From contig CM082591.2 in assembly GCA_040954595.2 (NCBI GenBank), positions 11,983,309-12,047,308 on the forward strand: a DNA stretch of 64,000 bases, in the 5' to 3' direction. Within the stretch, counting starts at the first letter, position 1; the number at the start of each line of letters is the position of its first letter. The notes below the pieces were generated by a model that did not search any database, had not been told where the DNA came from, and saw nothing but the letters and a program-made list of their open reading frames with translations. This stretch comes from Balanoglossus misakiensis. Its lineage: Eukaryota; Animalia; Hemichordata. The position numbers and the translations under genes were made by a program. Shown here one piece after another: positions 1 to 11,820 of the stretch.

Positions 1-1049
1 GCCGTGAAACGCAAACTGATCTCACTGGGTATATGTTGGACTGTATGACCAGTGAGCTGCAGAATTTGAGATCAGACAATCTTATATTGAAACAGAAACT
101 GTCAGAACATGAAAGTCGATTTTCGGAGGCATATTTTGAAGGCGACGATGAGAAAGCGAAGTTTTTGACTGGGATATCTTCTTTTACTGTTTTAATTACA
201 TTATACAATTATATTGCACACTACTTGCCCCCTCGCACATCTCTCGACAAATTTCGAATGTTCATTATGACACTAATGAGGTTACGCTTTAATTTACCAA
301 TTCAGTTCTTGTCTTATGAGTTTTCCGTTTCGTTATCTTCAGTTTCTAGAATTGTTAATATTGTAATTGATGTCATGTATGTAAGAATGAAACCGTTTGT
401 CTTTTGGCCAGATCGATTTAGTTTGCAGAAAACAATGCCCATGAAGTTTCGTAAACATTTTGGTAAAAAATGCATTGTGATAATCGATTGTTTTGAAATA
501 TTCATAGAAAGGTCATCAAATTTAAAAGCTCGGGCAGAAACATGGTCTTCTTATAAACACCACAACACAATTAAGTTTCTCATTGGAATCACTCCTCAAG
601 GTACTGTCTCATTTATATCCAGGGCTTGGGGTGGGCGGGCTAGTGACAAACATATTACAGAAAACAGTGGGATTCTAGATAATTTATTACCAGGGGATTT
701 AATACTTGCTGACAGAGGGTTTAATATTGAGGAGAGTGTGGGTTGCTTGTGTGCTCAAATGAAAATTCCTAGTTTTACAAAAGGTAAAAGTCAATTGTCT
801 GCTGTAGATGTAGAAACAACAAGAAGAATTGCCAATGTTAGAATACATGTTGAAAGGGTTATTGGGATGGCAAGACAAAAGTATAATATTATGGGTGGGA
901 CACTTCCTATTAATTTGTTTCTTTCCAAAGATGATGAGGGCAACACAATGATCGACAAAATTGTTCATGTCTGCTGTTCACTGATAAACCTGGTTGTGGT
1001 TGCATGTATTTATAGAAAAATGTATACTAGGTATGTGCAGAAAAATTAA
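1..1049 (+). CDS. ISL2EU/PIF-Harbinger-related DDE transposase (HTH + DDE_Tnp_4-like domain), copy 1; 5' part lies outside the window
   Basis: 338-aa ORF at 33..1049 with the HTH-like segment [27 protein letters not shown] and catalytic motifs [31 protein letters not shown] and RIHVERVIG. The frame is open upstream of base 33 and near-identical to 9305..10184. Confidence 0.9.
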   Translation, partial: RETQTDLTGYMLDCMTSELQNLRSDNLILKQKLSEHESRFSEAYFEGDDEKAKFLTGISSFTVLITLYNYIAHYLPPRTSLDKFRMFIMTLMRLRFNLPIQFLSYEFSVSLSSVSRIVNIVIDVMYVRMKPFVFWPDRFSLQKTMPMKFRKHFGKKCIVIIDCFEIFIERSSNLKARAETWSSYKHHNTIKFLIGITPQGTVSFISRAWGGRASDKHITENSGILDNLLPGDLILADRGFNIEESVGCLCAQMKIPSFTKGKSQLSAVDVETTRRIANVRIHVERVIGMARQKYNIMGGTLPINLFLSKDDEGNTMIDKIVHVCCSLINLVVVACIYRKMYTRYVQKN

Positions 1050-2113
1050 ACTGAGCTGTAATATTAATGTATATACACATAAGAGTCATCAGAAACCAAT
1101 GATAAGGTAATCTAATAAATAATTTCTTCACAAACAATAAGCATAGTGACATTTGTAAATCATGGCTGACTAAAACATATTCTAAAAAATAACAAAGTCA
1201 GTCTGTAGTTGAATTAAATGAACAGGTGTCCATTTCATTGTAATTGCTTGTTTGAAGATAAATTCATTCACAGAATATTCTCTCTGATGTCAATAAATAC
1301 AGATTTTAGAAATATTGATCAATAAATAAGTTAAGTATTATAAATAGTGTAGTGACAATTTTATATATCATTATATGATTAATAAATTATTGACAAATGA
1401 TTAATTGAAATTGTTAATCTATATTCCCCTTTTTATGCACACAGTATTTCATACTTTTGATTGGCTAAGACTGAATCATATGGTATAGGGAAAAAAACAA
1501 ATTACATGGTTGACAGAGTCTACATATTGCTCATTGTGAGGGAATATATAGACAGTAAACACACACTAATTGCAACAGCACAATATCAGTTTTCCAAAAT
1601 TCTATGAGTACGAAGTACTAGTACAGTTCTCATGAGACAATGTTATGACCCTGGACAAGACACTACATGGCCATAATAAAATAACACATGATGCACGATT
1701 TGTAGCCTGCCCCATGCAGAAGTTATTTTCACTCATGATGTGGAGTATTCTGTTGTACTTTCATTTGCTGTGCACATGAAAGTACTGCTACAGAATACAC
1801 CACATTACAAAAATAAACAAATCTGCAGTGACAAGATTCTATGTTGGTTTGCGTGTTGATGTCCTTGTGAAAAATTTACCCACAAATTCTGGCAAGATGG
1901 CACTAACAAAGAAGTACTTTGTACGTTCACAAATCATTCCAGGTCTTAATTGTCAAGATTAGTTAAAAATATAACCCAAAATTTAAGCCTCCAGGGGAAA
2001 TTTGGGCTCACAGAGGTTATTACTGAACATTTTGTAGAATTTCTCAAAATAAAAATCATCATCTGACGGAATGTTTACATATCACAGAAATACCCTGAAA
2101 TATACACTGAGTA

Positions 2114-3584
2114 TAGTCCATGGGCCAGAGACCGAAACCCTCCCCCCCCTGAGGATTTTTGCAGACATATATTTTTGGAAAGCCTATTTATCCAGCTGTC
2201 AGAATCAGGTTGTTTGCACTCATATTAATGGTGGGTGTGGCCGTGAGGAGCGGTTGTCATGGTAACGATAGCATAATTTTAGGGGTACTCATACAGTTAA
2301 AAAATGATATATTTCAGGATCTGAGAAAGCTAGAGAAAAAATTTAAACATTGGGTCTTATAAAGTAGGGGACGGGCTATCCAATGATTACATGACCGACA
2401 AGGTCAGAGGTCAAGTTCATCTTCAAAACGCGGGGTCAAAGTAAAAATTTCGCTATTTTTTGCACATCGATCATACATAGTTTCGATTTACTGGAAAACG
2501 GTTTGCTCGAGGAGGCTGTAAATTGGTCATCAGGTAGCATGGAACATTAGGTTTATGAAAAATAAGCTGATTCACGTCTTTGACATTAAGTTATATTAAA
2601 ATTCTGTTACCATAACGACGGATAGCAGATTTTGCGAAAATCACAAAAATAAGAATCCTGCTATATCTTTGCTACCAATTAAGCTTTAGATAAAATTTAA
2701 ACACTCAAACTTATAATGTCGGGTGCGATCTTTTCATTGCTAACTTGAACTTTGGGGTTCAAGGTCAAGGTCATCCTCAAATTTAAGGTCAAAGTGACAA
2801 AACGGACATTATGGATTTTTGTTCAAAATGACATTTTACGGCGAGCGTTTACTAAACACTGTTTGGGTCTAGAATGTTATAATTTCATCTCCAGATAGAG
2901 AAGTGTATTATTTACGAAGATTTTAATTTGTTTTGCTGTTTACATATACTTAATATGCAAAACCAGCTGTTATAATGACAACTAAATGAATGGTAGGAAT
3001 AGCAAGAGTACCCATACAGTTCAAATGAGATATTTCAGGTTCTTAGAATGCTAGAGATAAAATTCAAACATTCAGTCTTATAAAGTAGGGTACGGGCTAT
3101 CCAATGATTACATGACCGACAAGGTCAGAGGTCAAGTTCATCTTCAAAACGCGGGGTCAAAGTAAAAATTTCGCTTTTTGGCATATCGATCATACACAGT
3201 TTTGATTTACTGGAAAACGGTTTGCTCGAGGAGGCTGTAAATTGGTCATCAGGTAGCAAGGAATATTAGCTTTAAGAAAAATAGGCCTATTTTCGTCTTT
3301 GGTTGTAATTTATATTAAAATTCTGTAACCATAACGACGGATAGAAGATTTTGCGAAATTCCCCAAAATAAGAAACTTGCTATATCTTTGCTACCAATTA
3401 AGCTTTAGATAAAATTTAAACACTCAAACTTGTATTGTCGGATGCGAGCTTTTGATTGCTAAATTGAACTTTGGGGTTCAAGGTCAAGGTCATCCTCAAA
3501 TTTCGGTTCAAAATGACATTTTACGGCGAGCGTTTACTACACTGTTGGGATCTAGAATGCTATAATTTTGTATATTTTGATATT
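2114..3584 (+). repeat. Left terminal inverted repeat (~1471 bp) containing two ~721-bp tandem subrepeats
   Basis: Reverse complement of 5869..7374 (the same spurious 67-aa ORF appears at 2159+ and 7126-). AAAGTAGGG...CAAGGTCAGAGGTCAAGTTCATC recurs at ~2361 and ~3082. Confidence 0.95.
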
Positions 3585-4033
3585 TTAAATTTTAAGTTCA
3601 GGGTCACCTGCAAAAGATGGGGTCAAAATTCAATATCCCAACTCTAATTAGTGTTGCAGATCTCCCCAGAAAAAACGAACCCTCTGACTTGGCCATACAA
3701 CATTTTGTGTCATACACCATTTTAAAGTTAAGTTCTGAGAGTTTGAAAATGCTTGATGACATTTTCAATTCCCATGGCGAGCTGATGATTTCAAGATTTA
3801 GTAAAATTGGTATATTTCTTGAAATATGCGAACGTGCATTTGCAATTGCTATAAAGGGACATACATTATCAGCATGCTTTTACTGTAAAAATACTATATT
3901 CAACTTATATTGTGGCCATTCTATGGTATTTCAGTTTAAATATGTACAAAGTTTTATCATATTTAGCACATTCTTATCAAGATGATTTCTGTTGATATGA
4001 CAAGTTGACGTAAGGAGTCATCTTGCCCCTCTA

Positions 4034-5560
4034 TCAGACGCTGCAATTGCGTGTAGAACTAAGAACAATCCACGTATCTGCTTCTTCACTGTATCTTTTG
4101 CGATAACAAAAGTGGTGAAGTTTGGTCCTCCACTTACAATTCATTTTTGACCAATGTTGAGATCTACTTTTTTCATAATGTGTAGCATTTTGCAAAATTT
4201 GCTTTGTTTTCAGACTAGTGGTAAGCAAGAATGCCGTCCATTTTGTCGGAGCAATTAGATCAAGTATGATATGATGTGCTGGTGCAACCCTCACATCACG
4301 TGTTTGGCCTTTGATCCTTTGATCCGTTTGGCATCATAATTATCAATGATCATGTGTATTTGCGAATTATCAACAGGACCTAAAATTCGGCCTCTATTCT
4401 ACATTATGTATTCCATAAATCATATTGCTATATCGATAAAAGTGATTCTGTCTACAAGATTAGGACCAGACAGAGACTGAATGGTCATCATAAACTATGG
4501 CATCGGCAGCCTCAATGCTAGTCTATCTGTCTCCCGGAAATGAATTTTAAGTCCATCATCTGAAAACAAACAGAGAGGAACGTTGGAATTTTCAATGACT
4601 CCAATGAGTGGCATCTTCTAACTTGTATTAACAGCAGGTAATCAAAGATAAACCGTCTTCTTCATTTTTGTCATGTTTTTACATTGCCGCAAGTCATACT
4701 ATGATAGAAGCGCTTACACGGTTTGTCAGGTTCTTCTTGTATAATTATTTGCTCAGAAAAAAACCCCAGCCATATCTTTTGATATAGTAATGTTGATAAT
4801 TGCTTAAATGAGGGTCGGAAAGATCAAATGGGTCGACAAATGCTCCACCTTATAATTCTTAAAGCTTTGCCACATCAGTATTCCATCTCTTAATGACTGC
4901 TTTTCCATATTGGATCTTATTTTGTTTACCAATACTCATTACTGCATATTTATTTGTGAAATGTATCAGAGAACTTTGCAGTAATCGGTCCACCCAAAAC
5001 CACTTTTCAAGTGCTAAACCTCTCATCTTTAATCCTATAACACCACCAGCACCCTTTAGTGAATCGTCAGATAAGTTTGCCATGAATCCTCCTCATTTAA
5101 TGACTCTTGTACACTTTTGGGTATTCCATGCATCACCAGAATAAGTACTGACATGTATCTTGCATAGTCCGTTTCGATTGGCACAAAACAACAGAGGAAA
5201 TAATAGCTGATTCTTAGCAGTTTGGCAAATATCTCAATCACCATTTCTTAATGCACTTACATTTCCACCGGTGGGTAGAGTTGTAATGGCAGCAATACTC
5301 TACACAAAGTCATACCAAAAGTTAAAAGTTACTCCTCTCTTGTCTAAACTCAGCCATAAGCGGGAAATGATGTTCAATGATGTGTTCCACAAAAGTGTGA
5401 ACTATTTCCAAAAGTTCATTAGCAGGCTGGGAAGTCAAAAGATCACAATCCATCTCAGGCATTGACTGTGTTCCCTACCTTTACACCATCATGACCATGA
5501 TAAAAAGTTGCACAACCTAGCGCTGGACGTTTCATCAGCAAGATGGAGGCCATGCAATGA
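4034..5560 (-). pseudogene. Degenerate Academ transposase / XPG-like nuclease coding remnants
   Basis: Collinear minus-strand fragments: YFLCCF..TDYARYMSV (~5150-5210), SLKGAGGVIGLKMRGLALEKWF (~5000-5065), NVPLCLFSDDG (~4552-4585), IHMIIDNYD (~4330-4360) and EEADTWIVL (~4060-4090). These resemble the NYAR, GG(I/V)IG..AL.RW, P.SLF..DG, VVFD.Y and HEEADT motifs I recall for AcademX proteins. Many stops and frameshifts. Confidence 0.7.
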
Positions 5561-5868
5561 CAAACAACCGGAAAACATTTCCACATGAGCAAACGTTTTT
5601 TTTAAAAAACGTAGCATTCATTTGTATGATTATGAATGATTGCGATTTAAAAACATTGCTTTTGAGTATATAATGTGTCTTAAGTGCTTTACGCACAATT
5701 TCCAAAAAATCTCTGTGCCTAAAACACAGATATTCGATCGGTTTGTCTGGACTATTGCTACAGTGGCATCATGGGATAACGCATAAATCAGCATGACTCG
5801 CACTCCCACGGTCGCGTTTTTTTATATAATAATATCCAGAAATCAAAGTGGCATCTTATTTGAATATT

Positions 5869-7374
5869 AATATCAAAATATACAAAATTATAGCATTCTA
5901 GATCCCAACAGTGTAGTAAACGCTCGCCGTAAAATGTCATTTTGAACAAAGTCCATAATGCCCATTTTGTCACTTTGACCTGAAATTTGAGGATGACCTT
6001 GACCTTGAACCCCAAAGTTCAATTTAGCAATCAAAAGCTCGCATCCGACAATATAAGTTTGAGTGTTTAAATTTTATCTAAAGCTTAATTGGTAGAAAAG
6101 ATATAGCAAGTTTCTTATTTTGGGGAATTTCGCAAAATCTTCTATCCGTCGTTATGGTTACAGAATTTTAATATAAATTACAACCAAAGACGAAAATAGG
6201 CCTATTTTTCTTAAAGCTAATATTCCTTGCTACCTGATGACCAATTTACAGCCTCCTCGAGCAAACCGTTTTCCAGTAAATCAAAACTATGTATGACCGA
6301 TATGCAAAAAATAGCGAAATTTTCACTTTGACCCCAAGTTTTGAAGATGAACTTGACCTCTGACCTTGTCGGTCGTGTAATAATTGGATAGCCCGTACCC
6401 TACTTTATAATACTGAATGTTTAAATTTTTTCTCTAGCTTTCTCAGAACCTGAAATATCTCATTTTAACTGTATGAGTACTCTTGCTATTCCTACCATTC
6501 ATTTTGTTGTCATTAAAACAGCAGGTTTTGCATATTAAGTATATGTAAACAGCAAAACAAATTAAAATCTTTGTAAACAATACACATCTCTATCTGGAGA
6601 TCAAATTATAGCATTCTAGACCCAAACAGTGTTTAGTAAACGCTCGCCGTAAAATGTCATTTTGAACAAAAATCCATAATGTCCATTTTGTCACTTTGAC
6701 CTTAAATTTGAGGATGACCTTGACCTTGAACCCCAAAGTTCAAGTTAGCAATGAAAAGATCGCACCCGACATTATAAGTTTGAGTGTTTAAATTTTATCT
6801 AAAGCTTAATTGGTAGCAAAGATATAGCAGGATTCTTATTTTTGTGATTTTCGCAAAATCTGCTATCCGTCGTTATGGTAACAGAATTTTAATATAACTT
6901 AATATCAAAGACGTGAATCAGCTTATTTTTCATAAACCTAATGTTCCATGCTACCTGATGACCAATTTACAGCCTCCTCGAGCAAACCGTTTTCCAGTAA
7001 ATCGAAACTATGTATGATCGATGTGCAAAAAATAGCGAAATTTTTACTTTGACCCCGCGTTTTGAAGATGAACTTGACCTCTGACCTTGTCGGTCATGTA
7101 ATCATTGGATAGCCCGTCCCCTACTTTATAAGACCCAATGTTTAAATTTTTTCTCTAGCTTTCTCAGATCCTGAAATATATCATTTTTTAACTGTATGAG
7201 TACCCCTAAAATTATGCTATCGTTACCATGACAACCGCTCCTCACGGCCACACCCACCATTAATATGAGTGCAAACAACCTGATTCTGACAGCTGGATAA
7301 ATAGGCTTTCCAAAAATATATGTCTGCAAAAATCCTCAGGGGGGGGAGGGTTTCGGTCTCTGGCCCATGGACTA
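5869..7374 (-). repeat. Right terminal inverted repeat (~1506 bp)
   Basis: Reverse complement of 2114..3584. It is longer mainly because the left copy lacks ~33 bp near 3505. Confidence 0.95.
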
Positions 7375-8292
7375 GTACACAATGTGCATTTCATTATGGT
7401 AATTATGTATGTTACTACTTTCAAAACATTACATCATGTTTATTCTTTTTTCCCCACAGAACTGATGGTTTTGTAAACAACTGAGATAATGCTCGAGAAA
7501 TAAACAGCTATTAAAACGATTCAAACCCTGAACCATGGTGTCGACCCACCTACTATTATTACACACCGATTGAAAATTTTCAACGAAGGTCTAACCACTT
7601 ACAAGTTACATTAACAGCGAAGCGGTCATCTCATTTGTAACCGTTATTGAAGTTTATATATTTGTTTCACAATGTTATTATTAAACAGGGGTAATTTTAT
7701 CACTGAAAAAACAGTTTTGTTATACGGTTATTTTGATCCGGAAAACAGAGATTTGAGCACACGACGGATTTCTACTGCGTTCACTCCAACACCGCAGGAG
7801 TGTGTTGTTGTCGAAGACGCGGACAAAACAGAAAATTATCGGAGCCAGGCCCCTTCGAACCCTATATTTCACGCTGTCGGAAGGTTGGACGGCTACGGCT
7901 ATCTCAGCTCTGCTCGGCACGCTGTTGTTGGGTGCCCTAAACATATGCCCTACCCCTAGCGCTCGGCATGTAAACAATCACAACATGACTGTAAACATCA
8001 TGCAAAAATACAATCTTACTGTCATTTTCCTGTGGATTCAGTCTCCTCCTTGCACTTGTGTGGAGTTTAGGCAACCTATATTGAAACCACGGGCGCTTCT
8101 TGACCGGATTCGGTGAAAGTTTGAGGCAATTTCTGGCTGTACGCGTGACAGGCTCACAGTATCAACAAACAGTACACGTGTGGTGACAGGTCAAAGGTCA
8201 ACATTAGGGATTCCCCGACCCATGCGACCTTTATCGCATCTAGTGCGCCCCTAGTGGTAGGACATAACGATTCTCTTTTTCTCTCGCAGTTA

Positions 8293-8433
8293 TATAGATT
8301 GCCTGCCGTGATATCAAATCAAGGACCAGAATGTGAAAAGAGAGACGGCGCGAATGGTTAGCCAGGATCGGCCAAAACTTTGATCATAAGAACCTAGACA
8401 ACGTCCGGGTTTGTTCGAGTCATTTTTTTAGTG
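8293..8433 (+). pseudogene. THAP-domain exon of the transposase (frameshifted, N-terminal CxxxxC not found)
   Basis: YRLPAVISNQGPECEK / RRREWLARIGQNFDHKNLDNVRVCSSHFFSG, ending at a G|GTAAG donor (intron starts at 8434). It splices in phase to the TAG| acceptor (9103), giving GKKADLYDRNNPDWVPT, the THAP C-terminal (A/W)VPT box. Confidence 0.8.
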
Positions 8434-9049
8434 GTAAGTTTTACTGGAAACTTTTGAAACCTTGTTATATCACACACCGAATAAATGTTTCACAACTTGG
8501 CATCAACAATATTTACGGATTTGCATTTGGCCGCGACAAAAACACGCGAATCTGCAGATAACACAACTGAACTTAAACTGGCAGCGAGCTGTCGTCGTCG
8601 GCCGGCGGCGGTATCGATAAACCGTACCGGTGATGCTTAGAGTCAGATATACTTGTTGGTCACGGACATGCATTTCTGTCGACTGAAAAAAACTTTACTT
8701 TATGAATTTTTACGGCTGTTTGAGGAGTCGCACTCATTTGGTAAAGGTCTCACAGCACTCTTTCTATAAACAATTCTGTAAGTGTTTTGTTTACATTTGC
8801 GGGGTCAAACCAGGTCAGTTTCAATGCTGGGTTCGACAACGCTTAGGAACAATGCAAATTTACGCTGAAAATGATTACACTAAATTTAGGCCCCTGCCTG
8901 GAAGTGTGATACCTCGTTTTGTATTGTTTTTTAAAAAAATGTGTTGCCATACCCATTATCCAGAAATATCAGGAAATGGAATCAAATGCGCCCCTAGCAT
9001 TAGCGGGTCAAAGGTCATGCCATGTGAAAGGAGAACAAGTGTTCAAGAT

Positions 9050-9068
9050 TTCTCTCTCTCTCTCTCTC
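9050..9068. repeat. (CT)n microsatellite in the intron polypyrimidine tract
   Basis: Run of TCTCTCTC... upstream of the 9103 acceptor. Confidence 0.7.
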
Positions 9069-9103
9069 CCCATATCCATCTCTCTCAACCCCCTGTCCCT
9101 TAG

Positions 9104-10184
9104 GTAAAAAGGCAGACTTGTACGATAGAAACAACCCAGATTGGGTTCCAACAGTAAATGTAGGGAAGAATACAGATAAGGCAGCTGAGGCTTTAGGCAG
9201 ATACGATAGATTACAGACAAGAAAGAGGAAATTGGAGCAGAAAGAATATGAGCTAGAGGAAGCACAGAAACCCCCCAAACCCCAAAGTGACCCGAACAAA
9301 TGTAGCCGTGAAACGCAAACTGATCTCACTGGGTATATGTTGGACTGTATGACCAGTGAGCAGCAGGATTTGAGATCAGACAATCTTATATTGAAACAGA
9401 AACTGTCAGAACATGAAAGTCGATTTTCGGAGGCATATTTTGAAGGCGACGATGAGAAAGCGAAGTTTTTGACTGGGATATCTTCTTTTACTGTTTTAAT
9501 TACATTATACAATTATATTGCACACTACTTGCCCCCTCGCACATCTCTCGACAAATTTCGAATGTTCATTATGACACTAATGAGGTTACGCTTTAATTTA
9601 CCAATTCAGTTCTTGTCTTATGAGTTTTCCGTTTCGTTATCTTCAGTTTCTAGAATTGTTAATATTGTAATTGATGTCATGTATGTAAGAATGAAACCGT
9701 TTGTCTTTTGGCCAGATCGATTTACAGTAGTTTGCAGAAAACAATGCCCATGAAGTTTCGTAAATATTTTGGTAAAAAATGCATTGTGATAATCGATTGT
9801 TTTGAAATATTCATAGAAAGGTCATCAAATTTAAAAGCTCGGGCAGAAACAGGGTCTTCTTATAAACACCACAACACAATTAAGTTTCTCATTGGAATCA
9901 CTCCTCAAGGTACTGTCTCATTTATATCCAGGGCTTGGGGTGGGCGGGCTAGTGACATAACATATTACTGAAAACAGTGGGATTCTAGATAATTTATTAC
10001 CAGGGGATTTAATACTTGCTGACAGAGCAAGGGTTTAATATTGAGGAGAGTGTGGGTTGCTTGTGTGTTCAAATGAAAATTCCTAGTTTTACAAAAGGTA
10101 AAAGTCAATTGTCTGCTGTAGATGTAGAAACAACAAGAAGAATTGCCAATGTTAGAATACATGTTGAAAGGGTTATTGGGATGG
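9104..10184 (+). pseudogene. Transposase exon 2 of copy 2, disrupted
   Basis: Near-identical to copy 1 from 9305. It has a +5 insertion at ~9725, +1 at ~9958, +4 at ~10027 and a W>G change (TWSS>TGSS). Homology stops after ERVIGM at ~10184. Confidence 0.9.
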
Positions 10185-10564
10185 AAGAAGTTGTTTATGT
10201 CATAAACCTGGTTTTGGCTATATACCCAGGTACATCCAAACAACAGGGGGTCAGTCACATGTTGTGATTTTGACTTTTTTGTAGAGTATAATCTGAACAA
10301 AATAAATTATAAAATTCTTTAGTACATTTTGAAGCATAGTGTGTATTGGGGAGTTTCTCCTGAAAACAACTGTTCTCGGTGTTTGAGCCTAAAGCTGTCT
10401 TTTGTGACTGATCGGAACGATGTACAACAGCGGATACATAAAACTTGAAACTCCCGTAGTTTTTTGGGATGACCTAAGCAAGTCTACATGTGTACTGGAG
10501 TTGTGGGGTGAAATACATCAAGGTGTACGAACAAATATTCAGAGAAGTTCAAGTAGTATCTTAC

Positions 10565-10888
10565 CTTTGCTGTCACAACACAGTGTCCATTGCGGAAGTT
10601 TGTTGACAACCCTCTAACCCATCCACAAACAAACTGATTGTACGCTTTTTGTAGGCTTTTATAGCATTTTAAGTCTTCCAGAGTGTATGGACTAGGGTTG
10701 AATACCAAATAATTTACAATGTCCGGATTTGTTACCGATGGTAACAAGGCAACGTCTGACGACCTATCTTTGGCGTCCAAAGTGTAAGGGTCCAAGTGTC
10801 CAATCGACGATATTTTTTCATCATATCGTAATTTTTCTGCGCCGGATAGAGATTGACGATGAGTACAGCATGATTTCTTCCTGTACAT
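10565..10888 (-). pseudogene. First exon of ISL2EU ORF2 (the YqaJ-exonuclease/zinc-finger accessory protein family)
   Basis: RYDEKI..DPY..LLPSVTNPDIVNYLVFNPSPYTLEDLKCYKSLQKAYNQFVCGWV...VVTAK, then an AAG|GTAAG donor. This matches the recalled ORF2 N-terminal motif YKSL.AY..F..GWV. It is convergent with the transposase; the exonuclease domain itself was not seen. Confidence 0.7.
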
Positions 10889-11071
10889 TATAGTCCTGTA
10901 ACTAAAAATGACTTTCTAAAGGGGAGGAACAATACATCTCCATGTCACTCGCTCGGGCGGCGTTGCAGCGCAGACGACACACAAGAAATGAGTGCCTCCA
11001 ACATGGCCGACTTCCGGTTTGATGACGTCACGCGAAAAACATCATTGTCTACGCATGCGTGAGGAAAAAAC

Positions 11072-11314
11072 TTGGCAGACGACACGTACGCGCCCTTACC
11101 TGGACAATTTGAATGTGGAGCAAATATTACCCCAAAAATTGGCAGCGAGGACCCACTTCCATGGATTATTTATTCAAGGAATAACTGCCAGTGGAATACC
11201 GAAGAATTCGTGAAGGACGTCTTTTTGCAGGACGTCGCCAGAGGCAAGATTTAACGCGATTTGTGTGCGCGTGGAGTCTACCTGGTACAAGATAGTGTGT
11301 ATGAAGACGACAAG
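11072..11314 (+). other. Possible degenerate first exon of an unknown gene/TE protein
   Basis: CpG-rich context with the palindrome ACGCATGCGT. An 81-codon frame starts at TTG (AAAAAACTTGGCAGAC), has one internal TAA and ends at AAG|GTAAG. Confidence 0.25.
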
Positions 11315-11820
11315 GTAAGAAACTTAGTTAATTTTTGCAGCCGTCCCAACCTCCCCATCTGAAAAAAGCATTATTTTATTATTTAAAAGTTCCGACTAGG
11401 TGTTTAAACTTCTTTCATCTTAAAATTTGACCTATGCCTAGTCTGCTAGACGTTACATGCACCTAACGCCCATATGATTAAGATTTTGGGCAACGCCGTG
11501 GGAGAGATAGATATAGCTATAGGTGGTTGGGTGGAACTCGGCTGAAGTGGGCAGACAAAACCCAGCAGACAAAACTCTGGCGGGGATCGCAGCAGACAAA
11601 ACTCGAAATACACTTTTAAACTTCAATTTCGAACACAGGACAGACACATTACCCCTATTAGACTGTTGACGATTAAAATATCCGGTATTTTCCTGAATAT
11701 GATAAATAACCGCGACGGTACATCATTTCCGACAGCAAAACATGACTTCCTTGATAAACACTGTGTAAAGTGTGAGGGCGCTCACATCGATATACACGTA
11801 CCAGCATGAAGGTAATAACT

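Larger units (their letters stand above)
2114..7374 (-). mobile_element. Academ (AcademX-like) DNA transposon, decayed/non-autonomous, 5261 bp
   Basis: Termini TAGTCCATGGGCCAGAGACC... and ...GGTCTCTGGCCCATGGACTA. A 3-bp direct repeat GTA lies at 2111-2113 and 7375-7377. TIRs are ~1.5 kb, and the interior carries degenerate transposase/XPG motifs on the minus strand. Confidence 0.85.
8290..11043 (+). mobile_element. ISL2EU-type transposon, copy 2: left end not found, internally deleted, right terminus retained
   Basis: THAP + HTH + DDE coding on the plus strand and ORF2 N-terminus on the minus strand. Terminus ...CCAACATGGCCGACTTCCGGTTTGATGACGTCACGCGAAAAACATC is followed by AT (11044-11045). 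No matching left TIR was seen. Confidence 0.75.

Noticed and set aside
7672-8116. Short overlapping ORFs between the Academ element and ISL2EU copy 2
   Set aside because: No recognisable motifs or splice structure; probably non-coding or TE remnant.
8244-8257. CTCF-like motif GCGCCCCTAGTGG
   Set aside because: One base short of consensus spacing and a single occurrence; no support.
8702-9103. 133-aa ORF upstream of transposase exon 2
   Set aside because: Lies inside the inferred 8434..9103 intron and runs through a CT microsatellite.
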